From the NCBI GenBank assembly GCA_002269645.1, contig NIVC01003777.1, forward strand, positions 1-64,000: a stretch of DNA of 64,000 nucleotides, written 5' to 3'. Made by a program: the position numbers and the translations under genes. How positions within the stretch are numbered: the first letter of the stretch is position 1; the number at the start of each line of letters is the position of its first letter. Origin of the DNA: Macrostomum lignano. Taxonomy: Eukaryota. The notes under the pieces were generated by a model. That model was not told where the DNA came from and did no database searches. It saw nothing but the letters and a program-made list of their open reading frames with translations. Positions 50,101 through 62,697 of this stretch are shown here, one piece after another.

Positions 50101-53100
50101 TCACAAAACTCCGATAAGCTAGGAATCGATTTAGCTTCTTGACGCACCAGACCACTCCGAGGGCTTCTCGTTCTAGCTGGCTGTATCGCGACTCCGCAGG
50201 TGTGAGTTTCTTGGACACAAACGCTACAGGCCTTCCACTCTGCTCCAGCACTCCTCCAATGCCGTAGGGCGATGCATCTGTAGTCAGAGTTAGCTCCTTA
50301 CTTGGATCGTACGGCGCTAGCACCTGCCTTGATGTAATGTCCTGCTTCAATTGCATCACGGCCTTCGTGTGTTCTTGTTGCCATGTCCAGTTGACATCTT
50401 TCTTCAGCAAGTTATACAGAATGGCAGTCTTCGTGGCCACTTGCGGAATGAACGGCGCATAGAAATTTATCAGTCCCAGAAATGTTCTCAGCTCTTCCTG
50501 GTTTCTTGGATCTTCCATGCTTTGTATTGCCGTCACCTTATCCTCGTTCATGCAGCATCCCTCCTTTGAGATCTTAAGGGCTAGAAACTCGACCTCTTCC
50601 TTGTCGAACTGGCACTTCTTAGCATTCAGTGTGATGTCATTCTCTTGCAGCCTTTTAAGTATTATTTCCGTCTTCTCGGCTAAATTTTCCCGGTTTTTTC
50701 CACAGACTAGAATGTCGTCAATGAACACCACCACTCCGAGGACATCCCGAAGCAACTCGCATAGTGTGTTCTGAAACAATCCAGGAGCAGATGACAGTCC
50801 GTATGGTAATACCCTGTACCGAAAGTAACCAAAAGGTGTTGCGATAGTAGTGATATCCCGTGAGTCCTCGCACAGCTCCAGGTTATGGTATGCATCCTTC
50901 AAATCTAGCACAGTGAAACGGCTGCATCCTGAGATGGCTCGTTGCACATCCGCCTTTGTTGGCATATCGATTGGCGGTAGCCGTAAAAACTGGTTGACCC
51001 GTCTATAGTCTCCACACAGCCTGATGTCTCCCGAGCTTTTGGGAACGACCACAATCGGACTAGCGAACACCGGCTGTTCTACTTTTTCAATTATCTTCCG
51101 CTTTTCCAGATCTTCTAATCTTTCCTTAACGGCTGGTACCAGCGAAAATGGGAGTGGTCGGGCCTTCGATACCACCGGTCTCGTGTTTTCTCGTACTTCC
51201 AACTTTACTTGAATTCGCTTATAAGCCAATGAAGCTTGACAACGGCGTTTGGTAACTTCGATACCCAAACTACTAAACCAATTTCGGCCAATAACCGGCT
51301 TTGCGTTCATGTCCATGACTACCACAGGTAATGAGCACTCACTTTCATCTTCGGTCTGAACTCGAACATCTGCGGTACCACATACTGGTAGGTCTTGTCC
51401 TCCGTATGATGTTAGTCGACAATTTGGGTCTGTCCAATGCAGTCCTAGTTGTTCAGCCAAAATCTTAGAAATGCAGGTCACTGATGCACCAGAGTCCACC
51501 ATCATAGCAACGTCCTTATCGTTCAGTTTTACATTGATCCAGACGCTTGATCTGTCCCGGTCATCGCATAGGCTAAAAAGCTCATTGTCCTTGGCTGGTT
51601 CATCCTCCTCCTCGATTCCTGCACACTCTCGCATTGACAACTTTCCTTTAATGGAGCCAGATGCCATCCTTCCATGTGAGCTAGCTGGCTTGTTAAGCTT
51701 ACATGCAGCTTCAAATGGTTCATTTTCCCACATTTTCGACATTTTGCTCCAAACGCAGGGCATGCCTTTGGCGGGTGCCTCTTCATACAGAAATTGCAAG
51801 CCTTGCTGAATGTGCGTCCTTGAGCTTGGGCCCTGTTTTGTTGTCGTACTCTGCCCTTAGTCGCACTGACTGTTTCCACCTTTCCATTAGTGCTTAAGGC
51901 ACTCTTGCTTACTTGCTCTTGCGCCGTGGCAGTCTCCACCGCCAGCTCCAGGGTCAGCGGGTCTTTGATAAGCAGCTCTTTCACCACCGACTCACTGCGC
52001 AGTCCTGCCACGAATCTGTCTCGCAAAGCTTCTTGTAGGAAATCTCCGAATTGACATCGGTCTGCTTGAGCACGTAACCTGTTCTCAAAATCTGCCGCTG
52101 ATTCGTATTCATCTTGCTTCAGTAAGTTAAACTTGTAGCGCTCAGCTACAACCAGTTTCTTCTGCGGCACGACATGCTTCTCAATTTCATCCTTCAATTC
52201 CTTGAAGGTCTTGTTCTCTGGCTTCGCCGGAGCGACCAGGTTCCGCAGCTTGTCGTAGGCAGTTTCCCCCATGAGGCTTATGAAGAAGTCGGTCTTGGGC
52301 GAAAACCCTTCCTCCTTCTCATCCTTCACGCCGGATCTCCTGCAGACGGCTTCAAACCGCTCGATCCAGGCCTCGAATTTGTCCTCTGTCCAGGGAAGCT
52401 CCCGCAGGTTCTCTCGAGACAGCGACGCCATTGTCTATAAGAAGTCAGAAGTCACGTCACAACACCAATCATAGACCAGGAACTTCCAGGAAGTGAAGTG
52501 TACATGCCTAACGATAAATAAAGTTAGGGCCGCTGTGCACTCCTGTGTGAGTGTGTGACTGCGTACGTATCCGCGCGCTTGTATGCCTGCTCAGGGGAGT
52601 CGGTGGAATGGGCAGCAATGCCTCTCGCCGGTTGTGCGACAATGTCGCTTAAAGTGCGCCAGGGTGCACACAGCCCCTTGGCTTTAACTAAACCTAAGAA
52701 GACTAAAAGTACATTCACTATCTAAGCCATTTACAGAATAAGGGCTAAATTACAGTTACTGTCTATGCAGAAGTCTAGAAACTAAAGTACGTTCTCTGTC
52801 TCTCCAATCCTGCAAGAGTGATGATGAAATTAAAAGCTTAAAAATCGATGCACAGCCCCTGCTGAAGCCAGTCAAATAGAATAGTGAAATTTACGTGCCT
52901 ACAAAATAAAAGTACTTTTGCACTCACTGAGGCCTGCAGCTTGAGCCTTCAGCGGGTATCGGGCGACCGCGTTCTGCTAAACCTGACCAGCGCAGGCGGC
53001 GTGGCGCGCAGCCAGCAGTTCATGGTCCGCTTCAAGTGCCGCTTTGACATGCGCAATTTCCCATACGATGCGCAGCGTTGCGGCGTCAAGATCGGCTCGA

Positions 53101-56100
53101 TTATGCAGAGCTCGGCCTCTGTGAGAGTGCGGATGATGCCGGCCAGCGAGGTGGAGTTTAGCGGAGCCACAGGCAGCCACGAGTTCTGCGTGCAGAGCGT
53201 CTTCACTGAGGAAGGAGCTGAAGGCGAATTTCCATTCGTTCGGCTGGTTGTCGTCTTCTCGGTGCGCTGCTTACTGGGTCGGGGGGAAGGGATCGGAAGG
53301 GAAGAGTTGTAGGGAAGGGGTCGGAGGGAAAGAGTTGGAGGGGAAGGGGTCAGAGGGGAAGGGATCGGAGGGGAAGAGTTGGAAGGGAAGGGATCGGAGG
53401 GGAAGGGATCGGAGGGGAAGGGATCGGAGGGGAAGGGATCGGAGGGGAAGGGATCGGAGGGGAAGGGATCGGAGGGGAAGGGATCGGAGGGGAAGGGATC
53501 GGAGGGGAAGGGATCGGAGGGGAAGGGATCGGAGGGGAAGGGATCGGAGGGGAAGGGATCGGAGGGGAAGGGATCGGAGGGGAAGGGATCGGAGGGGAAG
53601 GGATCGGAGGGAAGGGATCGGAGGGGAAGGGATCGGAGGGGAAGGGATCGGAGGGGAAGGGATCGGAGGGGAATGGATCGGAGGGGAAGGGGTTGGAGGG
53701 GAATAGGTCGGAAGGGCAGGGGTCGAAAGGAAAGGGTTCGGGGGGGGGGGAGGAATCTGACAGAAGGGATCCGAGGGGAGTTTTCAAAGTGGAAGAGGTT
53801 AATGAAGCTGTAGAAAGGTGTAGAAAGCAAACAGACAGGGTGGCCTCCTAGGTTGTCACCTGAGACAAAGTAAATTTTGGATAATTTACTGTGGAACTCA
53901 CTCGAAAATTAATAATTTGATTTCGTTCACCAAAGCGCCGATCAACATTCTACCTGGTGAACATCGTCATACCCAGCCTCCTGCTGCTCGCCATCTCAAC
54001 CCTGGTATTCCGCCTGCCACCGGAATGCGGCGAGCGAATGTCCCTGAGCGTCACCATCGTGCTGTCGATGTGCGTGTTCCTGCAGCTGGCTGGCAGCTAC
54101 ACCCCAACGCAGAGCGAAGCTGTGCCTCTGCTCAGTGAGTTAAATAAATTTCAGAACTCCGTTTTTGGATCCTGATACAAAACTTTCGGTAGAATGTACA
54201 AAAGTGCAAGGATGCATACACACACACACACATCGAAAAAAGATACAACACTTATCTTTAAATATATGATTGCCAGTTTTATTGGTTCTTTGCTTTTACA
54301 ACGCATTTTTGTAAAATTTATAACAGGCAAGTCATACGGAAGTATTGTAAGGATTAGCCTTTCATCCGAAGAAATGAAAAGGTCCAATCTCAGTAGTGTT
54401 ATTTTTCTCGTACTTTCGCGTGAAGCCAGTATTAACAGTAGAACTACCAAGAGGGGGAAATTCCCCCCCCCCCTGACATTTTTTTGCTGCGCCGGAACGG
54501 AGCAACGCAGGCACACGAAATTCAAGAAAACGGGCTAATTTTTTGTTGCGCACCTTCTCAAACAAGAATCAAGTCGCCAGCCCTCCGGACCGTCGAGATA
54601 TTCGACGATTATGCCAGAAGGTCGGATTTTTCCCATAAGCGCCAGTGTATTCAGTGCACCCCTGTGCGCCAGTCAGCACTGCGCCTCAGTGCAGCCTCGC
54701 CAAGCCTCCAAATTTCATCAGCACGTAGACCAAATGTGTCTGCATCAGCTCTGACTTCGTTGGTCACTAGCCTTCACCCAGGCGGAGCTTCTGGACCTTC
54801 AGCAGGTGGCACCAAGTGACTATGGACAGCCTGATGCAGATTTCTCTAGTTTCGCCGATCAAGCCTTGACAGTGAGCAAAAATCAACTGCTGGGCATCCT
54901 CAGCTAGTCTCTCAAACATTCCGTCATCACCCCGACACCGTCGGCACCTTCAACAGATTACACCAGGCGATTATTGGCATCCTGTTGCAAATATTTTAGA
55001 CTGTTCTGATCAATCTTCAATAATGGGCAAACCTCTACTGCTAGGTATCCTCAACTAGTTTTTCAAGCATCCGGTCGTCATTCAGCCGTCGTCGGCACCT
55101 TCAAGAAGACGAAACCGACTATAGACACCCAAAAGAGAATATTTTTATTGTTAACAATTTTAGCAATTTATAAGATAGAAGACTAGATATCCAGTATATT
55201 ATGAATTGATCTTCATTCCGAACAGAAAATTGGATAATTTCTAGTAATTTTTTCTTCGCGAAGATTCTGTTCAATTTACAGTTTAATTAGCAAATTACGT
55301 CATCAAGTTTACTTAATTATGTCCGGTGATGATAGACTGTTTGAGAGTATAGCTGAGAACGACCAGAAGTTAAAGTTTGCCTATTATTGATGTTGGTCAG
55401 CGACATCAAAGAAATTCGCAACAGCGTGTCCATTGTCACCTGTTTTCATCTGTTGAAGGAGCCGACGGCGTCGGGTGATGATAGAATGCTCGAGAGACTA
55501 TCTGAGAATGTCCGTCGGTTGAGGCTTGCCCATTATTGAAGCTTGATAAGAAAAATCTGACATATTTGCAACAGGATGTTCATAGTCATCTTGTGTCATC
55601 TGTTGAAGGTGCCGACGGCGTCGAGGTGATGACGGAATGCTTGACAGACCAGCTGAGGATGTCCAGCAGTTGATTTTGCCCACTGTCGAGGCTTGATCAG
55701 CGAAACTAGAGAAATTCGTATCAGGCTGTCCATAGTCACCTGGTGCCACCTGTTGAAAGTCCAGAAGCTCCGCCTGGGTGAAGGCTAGTGACCAACGAAG
55801 TCAGAGCTGATGCAGACACATGTGGTCTACGTGCTGATGAAATTTGGAGGCTTGGCAAGGCTGCACTGAGGCGCAGTGCTGACTGGCGCACAGGGGTGCA
55901 CTGAATACACTGGCGCTTATGGGAAAAATCCGACCTTCTGGCATAATCGTCGAATATCTCGACGGTCCGGAGGGCTGGCGACTTGATTCTTGTTTGAGAA
56001 GGTGCGCAACAAAAAGTTAGCCCGTTTTCTTGAATTTCGTGTGCCTGCGTTACTCCGTTCCGGCGCAGCAAAAAAATGTCAGGGGGGGGGGGGAATTCCC

Positions 56101-57396
56101 CCCTTCTCTTGGTAGTTCGACGGGCGGAAAAATGGCTTGGTATTCCTACTGTTAAAAGCGTTTCGAGCTACTTATAGTAGTCATCTTCTTAATCAAATTT
56201 CAGCCTATCACTGCAGCGCGGTGGCCATGCTGACCATGGGCAGCCTGCTCGGCAATGTGTTCGTGCTCGACTGCCACTTCAAGCTGCAGCGGGGCGGCAG
56301 GCGGGTGGTCAGTCCGCTGGTCCGGCTGCTGTTTCTCAACCGCTGCATTACTGGGAATTGCAAGCGAACGGCAGACGCGGTGAGTCACGCGACAATCTCG
56401 AAAGGCATCTGACAGAAGCTAAATTTGAGCCACAAGGAGACAGGGGCGCCAACCAAGAGACAGGGGCACCCACCAAGAGACAGGGCGCCCACCAAGAGAC
56501 AGGGGCGGCCACCAAGAGACAGGGGCGGCCACCAAGACAGCAAATATTGTCGACCCTTAGGGTTAAATAAATTATTGTGCACGCCACTAAGCCTGCGAGT
56601 TGAATATAAATCTATAGAGGGGAGAACTCGGACTTATAAGAAGCTTTTGAAGAGTTAAGCAAGATAAATTGAGCTATTAAATGTGTATCTAAAAGTGAGA
56701 TTCAAACTCTTTAGTAACTTATATGCTAGCTGGTTATAACCGCTAAGTTACGGACTCACCCGCATTCAACGTTTAGCCTTTTATATAGATAACTATATAG
56801 TAATTAGGTCAAGTGAATGATGGTTGGCGCCATCTATGGTGGTTGGTTGCATTGGGGGTTGTAGCCTAGTGGTCGATCCCACTGGAACAATTTGTTTCCT
56901 TGAGCAAGACACCTAACTCTGCATTGCTTCAGTTTATCCAGCTGTAAAATGGGTGTCAGCATTAGCTGGGGTAATTGAGGGTGTGTGTGACGACCATACG
57001 CAGCCTTCAGATGCGCCGCGCAATAGCTGCGGCTGAGCTGTCGATCTGTCCCGATTAGTGCAGGTGTAATCAATTATTATTATTGAACAGTTTCTTAGTT
57101 CCCTCTCGCTATTTCTCTGATAAAACGTCAAGATCAGCTCCTGGTGTAACATTGCATCGTTACATTGTGCCGTCCCATTTCCACAGAGGGTACTACCAGC
57201 CAACAAGACTTCGGGCAGCTCTGACGCCGAGACGGAGGAGGCAGCCGGTCGAGAAGTCAATGAATGGCTGGTCGTGGTTGCTGCCGCTGACAGGTGTCTG
57301 TTCGCCCTGTTCCTGTCCGCCACTCTCACCATAGCCGTCGCAGTTTGCTGCGTTGAGACGAGCTCTGTGCGAGCCTGCCAGTACAGCGCCTACTGA
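47135..57396 (+). CDS. Divergent nicotinic-type Cys-loop ligand-gated ion channel subunit (436 aa, 7 exons)
   Basis: Exons 47135-47374, 48199-48243 (45 nt), 48322-48440, 52940-53261, 53936-54134, 56204-56379 and 57187-57396 sum to 1311 nt in frame. Signal peptide, VRP, WQPD, Cys-loop CRFDMRNFPYDAQRC, TM1-3 with GER before TM2, TM4 EW..V...DR; AATAAA at 57522. Confidence 0.9.
47419..47885. repeat. 28-bp minisatellite in channel intron 1
   Basis: Unit TAGTGTCCGAAACTCCAACACCGAT(A/C)TC, ~16 copies. Confidence 0.96.
48473..52464 (-). mobile_element. Ty3/Gypsy LTR retrotransposon, antisense in a channel intron; 5' LTR truncated
   Basis: TSD CCAAT at 48468-48472 and 52465-52469. 3' LTR 48473-48705 (TGTT...AACA) with adjacent PPT AAAGGAAGAGGGA; only 32 bp of 5' LTR (52433-52464). 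Confidence 0.93.
48718..52431 (-). CDS. Gypsy gag-pol (gag-PR-RT-RH-INT), two frame disruptions
   Basis: Zn knuckle, VDSGAS protease, YRVLPYGL/FIDD RT, TTDASPYG RNase H and VTDNGRQF integrase. Frame breaks at ~51720 (CATTTGAAG, one T short of H-F-E-A-A-C) and ~49215 (before PASNGVAE). Confidence 0.92.
53280..53760. repeat. 15-bp purine-rich minisatellite (GGAGGGGAAGGGATC)n in a channel intron
   Basis: Direct inspection. Confidence 0.96.
54436..56151. mobile_element. Foldback element with ~670-bp inverted arms, flanked by TTAA
   Basis: TTAA-CAGTAG...CTACTG-TTAA; arms ~54441-55110 and ~55445-56118; the mirrored 111-aa ORFs differ at few residues. Confidence 0.85.
56430..56535. repeat. ~20-bp CCAAGAGACAGGGGCGC minisatellite (second locus ~58790-58995)
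   Basis: Same unit at both loci. Confidence 0.85.
56855..57084 (+). mobile_element. CORE-type SINE with deletion between A and B boxes
   Basis: GGGGTTGTAGCCTAGTGG head, core block and (ATT)n tail. Confidence 0.85.
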
Positions 57397-57629
57397 GACT
57401 GAGCACGAAATGCTGAGCTTAAAGCTTCTAAACCGCAGATTAGTGATGCAAGCAATGCGTGTTGCTACCCACGTACTGAACAAAAATGAAGAAGCATATA
57501 CACTTGTTAGAGGAAAGTTACAATAAAAAGCCCCAAGAATCAGGCTCTGCTTCTAAAAGAGCCGCTTTCATTCGTCAAATTGAACAATCATTAGTTAAAA
57601 CTCGGTTTTCCATTTCTATTTCGATGCAG

Positions 57630-58130
57630 CTGTCAGTGCAAGCTGTTCCTGTTCGATGCGTGCAGTCACCGTGTGCAGTCTGTGCCGAGCTGCACTCATC
57701 AGGTGACTGTGTATGTGAGGTCTCTGCCCGGCGTACCTCCGGGTCACCTGTGTCCGTCCGGATACGAGCACACGAGACACGGCACATCGTACAAGGTGGT
57801 CACGTCGGTGACTCTCACCTGGAACAACGCCAACCTGACCTGCAGTGCGGATCCCGGACTGACCAAGTTCTCTGATGCGATCGACCTTGATGAGGCTCTG
57901 CACCTGAGGTCGCTGAAGCAGCTGATGGGCAGCTCGTTCGATTTTTCCTTGGGATTTTAGAAATTTGAATGCTTACTCTGACTGGTTCTGGGCCGCCTGC
58001 GACCGCGTGGCACTCTGGAGAGCCGAACGGTGCCGCGTCATTGGAGTGCACAAATCTTTGGTGCAGCTTTGAAAAATTGAAGGCTTGACTACGATTCCTA
58101 CATCTGCGAGTGCCAGTCCGTGTTTTCAGA
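57630..58130 (+). pseudogene. 5'-truncated, frameshifted paralogue of the C-type lectin at 59487
   Basis: High nucleotide similarity to 59708-60260; TAG at 57958-57960, frame breaks, GEPN at 58017-58028, YICECQSVF end. Confidence 0.75.
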
Positions 58131-59486
58131 CAACTTTCTTAAACTAAATTATTACCTAAGCAAATATAATCGAAGCTATGGCCATGAACTAGTTTTGTAG
58201 TATGGGTTCTAATGTTAATTACTGTTACATTTAAGAACTTATTACTGACAGATTCTAAAATGATTTTTTAGACATCTTGAAAGAAAGTTCACAAAGTTAT
58301 TTTTATCTCAGAATTCTGTACCCTAAGTAAGCTGAGGTCCTTAAGCATTTGAGCAAGTTGAAATGCGAGTAGTTGCTTCGTTCACACTTCAAGTAAGTGA
58401 TTCTGTGCAGAATAGACCAACCTGCTCAGAAGTCATTAGGAATTCCGAAGAATCCTCTCCCAATGCTTCACCTGTTGAAGGCAGTCTTAGCCCTTTATTT
58501 CACCTGTCACTGACGTCTCACGCTTTTTTCAGCGTAAGATGAGCACTTTCGCCTTGGCATTGAGTGCAGCCTCAGCCAACAACACTCAAACTTGAGCAGC
58601 TCAATAGAGTGGCAGGCCCAGTAAATTTCTGACAAAGCTTGTTTTCACAGGAAATTTCTCTTTTTACGAGCTATATTTGAAACTTTCCCTGATTCACAGA
58701 TCATATTTATACTGCATCCCACAGGAGCTCAACTTTTGCAACCTCTTGGGTGTCGTATCCAACGGCCTAAGTAAGAGAAGGGGGTAGGGGCGCCGACTAA
58801 GAGACAGGGCGACCACCAAGAAACAGAGGCGCCCATCAAGAGACAGGGGCACCCATCAACAAGAGACAGGGGCACCCATCAAGAGACAGGGGCACCCATC
58901 AACAAGAGACAGGGGCACCCATCAAGAGACAGGGGCGCCCACCAAGAGACAGGAGTGCCAGCAAGGGTCGCACACCAAGGGTCGCCCACCAAGAGACATA
59001 AATACATACTCGTAAGCACCATTGTAATGGTCCTGTATTAAGCTCGGTTGATACCTCAGACTTAATTTAAAATTTACAGGTACAACTCGCTACTCATAGT
59101 AAACTGTTTCGAAAACAAATTAATCTGTCAAATGCTGCGCGGGTTTTACTGTGTGTGGAATCATCCTACAGAGGTGGGGACTAAGGACGCGAAGCACAGG
59201 GCCAACTTAAGGGCGCTGTTGAAATGCTGTCTTTTGTTTAGATTTTCTGCGCAGCAGAGTCACAAGTTAAGTTGGAAGAGGCTCAACAAAGAGAAGTGAA
59301 GAGTTGTAACCACCGGGCGCCAGGTTCCACCGCAAGAAGTGTCTGTCTGAATGTCTCCTTACAAAAGATCACTCCTAAGACTTGAAAGACGTGACAAGAG
59401 CTATTTAAGCAAGAAGCAATACTCTAGTCGTTTATTTCTCACTGAAGTTTGACTGCTCAACGATCATTCCAGCAATCCGTAATCCA

Positions 59487-60260
59487 ATGCTGCTCTTCGC
59501 ACTGCTGCAGCTGCTGTGGGTGTCGGCAGTTCTGTCCGATTCCTGCAGCTCTGACGGAGTGAAATTCTCTCCAATCACCGGTGTGGACTGCGTGAGCCCC
59601 GAGTTCACTCGAACTGTGTCGGGCCTGTGCTCTCCACTCGAATGCAGCATTCAGTGCGCTCAAATGCCCAAGTGTCAGGCTTTCAGACTGCTGACAGCTG
59701 GAGCCTGTCAGTGCAAGCTGTTCCTGTTCGATGCGTGCAGTCACCGTGTGCAGTCTGTGCCGAGCTGCACTCATCAGGTGACTGTGTATGTGAGGTCTCT
59801 GCCCGGCGTACCTCCGGGTCGCCTGTGTCCGACCGGATACGAGCATACCAAATACGGCACCTCGTACAAGATTACATCGTCTCCAAACAAGAATTGGCAA
59901 ACTGCCAACCAAATCTGCAGTACGCAACCGGGACTTTCGAAGTTCGCTGACGCAATCGATTTCGAGGAAGCCGCGTACCTGAGGTTGCTGGTGCGGGCAG
60001 ACTACAACCCCGACTGCTTCCTGGGCGGCAAGCTGACAACTGACATATCCACTGCCACAACCAAGTCCAACTGGGTCTGGACCGCCTGCAACCTGACCAT
60101 CGATGCGAGTGTCTGGCAGGGCGGGCAGCCCGACGGAGTCAATGAATATAATAGCAGCGGCTGCGCCAACCTGTGCTCTTATTTTGGCACCGGAGGCATC
60201 GACGACCATGGATGCGACATCTCAACCTGGTACATCTGCGAGTGCCAGTCCGTGTTCTGA
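59487..60260 (+). CDS. Secreted PAN/apple-like plus C-type lectin domain protein (257 aa, intronless)
   Basis: Signal peptide, Cys-rich N-domain (CS..C..M..C.AF), then CTLD with WQTANQIC, FLGG, WVW, WQGGQPD, GCA and DDHGCD..YICE. Confidence 0.85.
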   Translation: MLLFALLQLLWVSAVLSDSCSSDGVKFSPITGVDCVSPEFTRTVSGLCSPLECSIQCAQMPKCQAFRLLTAGACQCKLFLFDACSHRVQSVPSCTHQVTVYVRSLPGVPPGRLCPTGYEHTKYGTSYKITSSPNKNWQTANQICSTQPGLSKFADAIDFEEAAYLRLLVRADYNPDCFLGGKLTTDISTATTKSNWVWTACNLTIDASVWQGGQPDGVNEYNSSGCANLCSYFGTGGIDDHGCDISTWYICECQSVF

Positions 60261-60541
60261 CACTGCCTTCGACAATTTCTCTTGATACAATAGTTAACAG
60301 GGCCATTTTGAATCTTAGGCCATCTGAAAATGAACTAAACTTTCGGCACCAGCAAAATTTTCCATTGTAGCTCTCCATTGAATGCACCACTCTTACAATA
60401 CAGAGTACCATTTTGTGTAGTCGCAGTCTTGATTTAAGGCTAGCTTTAGCAATGCTTAGATACTAGATAGATATTAGCGATATATTCTCTTTTTATCCGG
60501 ATATTATGGAAAACTATAAACAGAAATATTATGGAAAATTG

Positions 60542-61625
60542 CAGGGCCGTAGCCGGGGTGGGCGCCAAGGGAGGCCGAAGGGATGCCAAAACTCTGGCGT
60601 TCCCTTGCCAGTTGGTGCTGGCGCCCCTGGTGCTGGCGCCCCTGGTGCTGGCGCCCCTGGTGCTGGCGCCCCTGGTGCTGGCGCCCCTGGTGCTGGCGCC
60701 CCTGGTGCTGGCGCCCCTGGTGCTGGCGCCCCTGGTGCTGGCGCCCCTGGTGCTGGCGCCCCTGGTGCTGGCGCCCCTGGTGCTGGCGCCCCTGGTGCTG
60801 GCGCCCCTGGTGCTGGCGCCCCTGGTGCTGGCGCCCCTGGTGCTGGCGCCCCTGGTGCTGGCGCCCCTGGTGCTGGCGCCCCTGGTGCTAAAGCCCCTGG
60901 TGCTAAAGCCCCTGGTGCTGGCGCCCCTGGTGCTAAAGCCCCTGGTGCTGGCGCCCCTGGTGCTGGCGCCCCTGGTGCTGGCGCCCCTGGTGCTGGCGCC
61001 CCTGGTGCTGGCGCCCCTGGTGCTGGCGCCCCTGGTGCTGGCGCCCCTGGTGCTGGCGCCCCTGGTGCTGGCGCCCCTGGTGCTGGCGCCCCTGGTGCTG
61101 GCGCCCCTGGTGCTGGCGCCCCTGGTGCTGGCGCCCCTGGTGCTGGCGCCCCTGGTGCTGGCGCCCCTGGTGCTGGCGCCCCTGGTGCTGGCGCCCCTGG
61201 TGCTGGCGCCCCTGGTGCTGGCGCCCCTGGTGCTGGCGCCCCTGGTGCTGGCGCCCCTGGTGCTGGCGCCCCTGGTGCTGGCGCCCCTGGTGCTGGCGCC
61301 CCTGGTGCTGGCGCCCCTGGTGCTGGCGCCCCTGGTGCTGGCGCCCCTGGTGCTGGCGCCCCTGGTGCTGGCGCCCCTGGTGCTGGCGCCCCTGGTGCTG
61401 GCGCCCCTGGTGCTGGCGCCCCTGGTGCTGGCGCCCCTGGTGCTGGCGCCCCTGGTGCTGGCGCCCCTGGTGCTGGCGCCCCTGGTGCTAAAGCCCCTGG
61501 AGCTAAAGCCCCTGGTGCTAAAGCCCCTGGTGCTAAAGCCCCTGGAGCTAAAGCCCCTGGTGCTAAAGCCGCCACGATGACGCCCCCACGATGTGGCCCC
61601 AATGAAAGACCTTGGCTACGCCCTG
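60542..61625. repeat. 15-bp minisatellite (GGTGCTGGCGCCCCT)n, ~60612-61570, inside a hAT-like TIR frame
   Basis: Flanks CAGGGCCGTAGCC and GGCTACGCCCTG form inverted termini; no clean TSD. Confidence 0.85.
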
Positions 61626-62227
61626 AGCCGGTTGGAAATTAAAAAACTTTGAACGCTGGAAACTCCACTGGAAAAAGCAGCCTAATGAGTACAATTATTT
61701 GTTTCTCTAGCTATGTTTTATTACTAAAATTATCTACCATTTCTAATTTTCCGTGATCTATCGTTAATCTGTCCATTTAATTTACTGAAAAAAGTTACTT
61801 TAGGAGCTGCCCCACTTGCAGTGTACGTGAGTCCCAACAAATATATTCTTATGTGCAAGCGTATTATGAGCGCTGTCACAAAATGCATCTGTCTGGATCC
61901 TGCCAAAATGGCTTCTTAGAAAGTTTATTTCTTTCTGAAAAGAAAAACAGCCCCATTGTTGAAGACAGCCTCACCCAACCAAAATTTCAAAGGCGCTGTT
62001 TTGCGGCAGAAATTCCACCCCTCCCAGTCAAGTTGCCATGGTAACTAAACTGCAGCTTTTAACGGCAGGTGGAGTGACTCTGTATAGAAGCGGTGAGGCG
62101 GAGATGGTCCCATTAGGCAAGGCTTGAGCTCACTGGAGAGGGAATAGTGTGCTCGACTGTCTCCACTGTTTCTTTGTTTGACTGCTTTCTGCTCTGCTGA
62201 ACTTGAGCTGCTTTTGTTTAGCGACAA

Positions 62228-62697
<470 letters not shown>

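Noticed and set aside
51529-51799. Programmed gag-pol frameshift
   Set aside because: The break falls inside the Zn knuckle and is repaired by one extra T in a T-run, so a mutation or sequencing error is more likely.
52949-53830. Pro-rich and GKGSE repeat ORFs
   Set aside because: An intronic 15-bp purine repeat plus antisense of a channel exon.
54484-56071. Two near-identical 111-aa ORFs as a gene pair
   Set aside because: They are mirror images in the arms of a foldback element, with no recognisable domain.
60506-61642. 378-aa (GAGAP)n elastin/silk-like ORF and its alternative frames
   Set aside because: A stop-free 15-bp repeat is open in several frames on both strands; there is no signal peptide, and the ORF ends lie in hAT-like TIR sequence.
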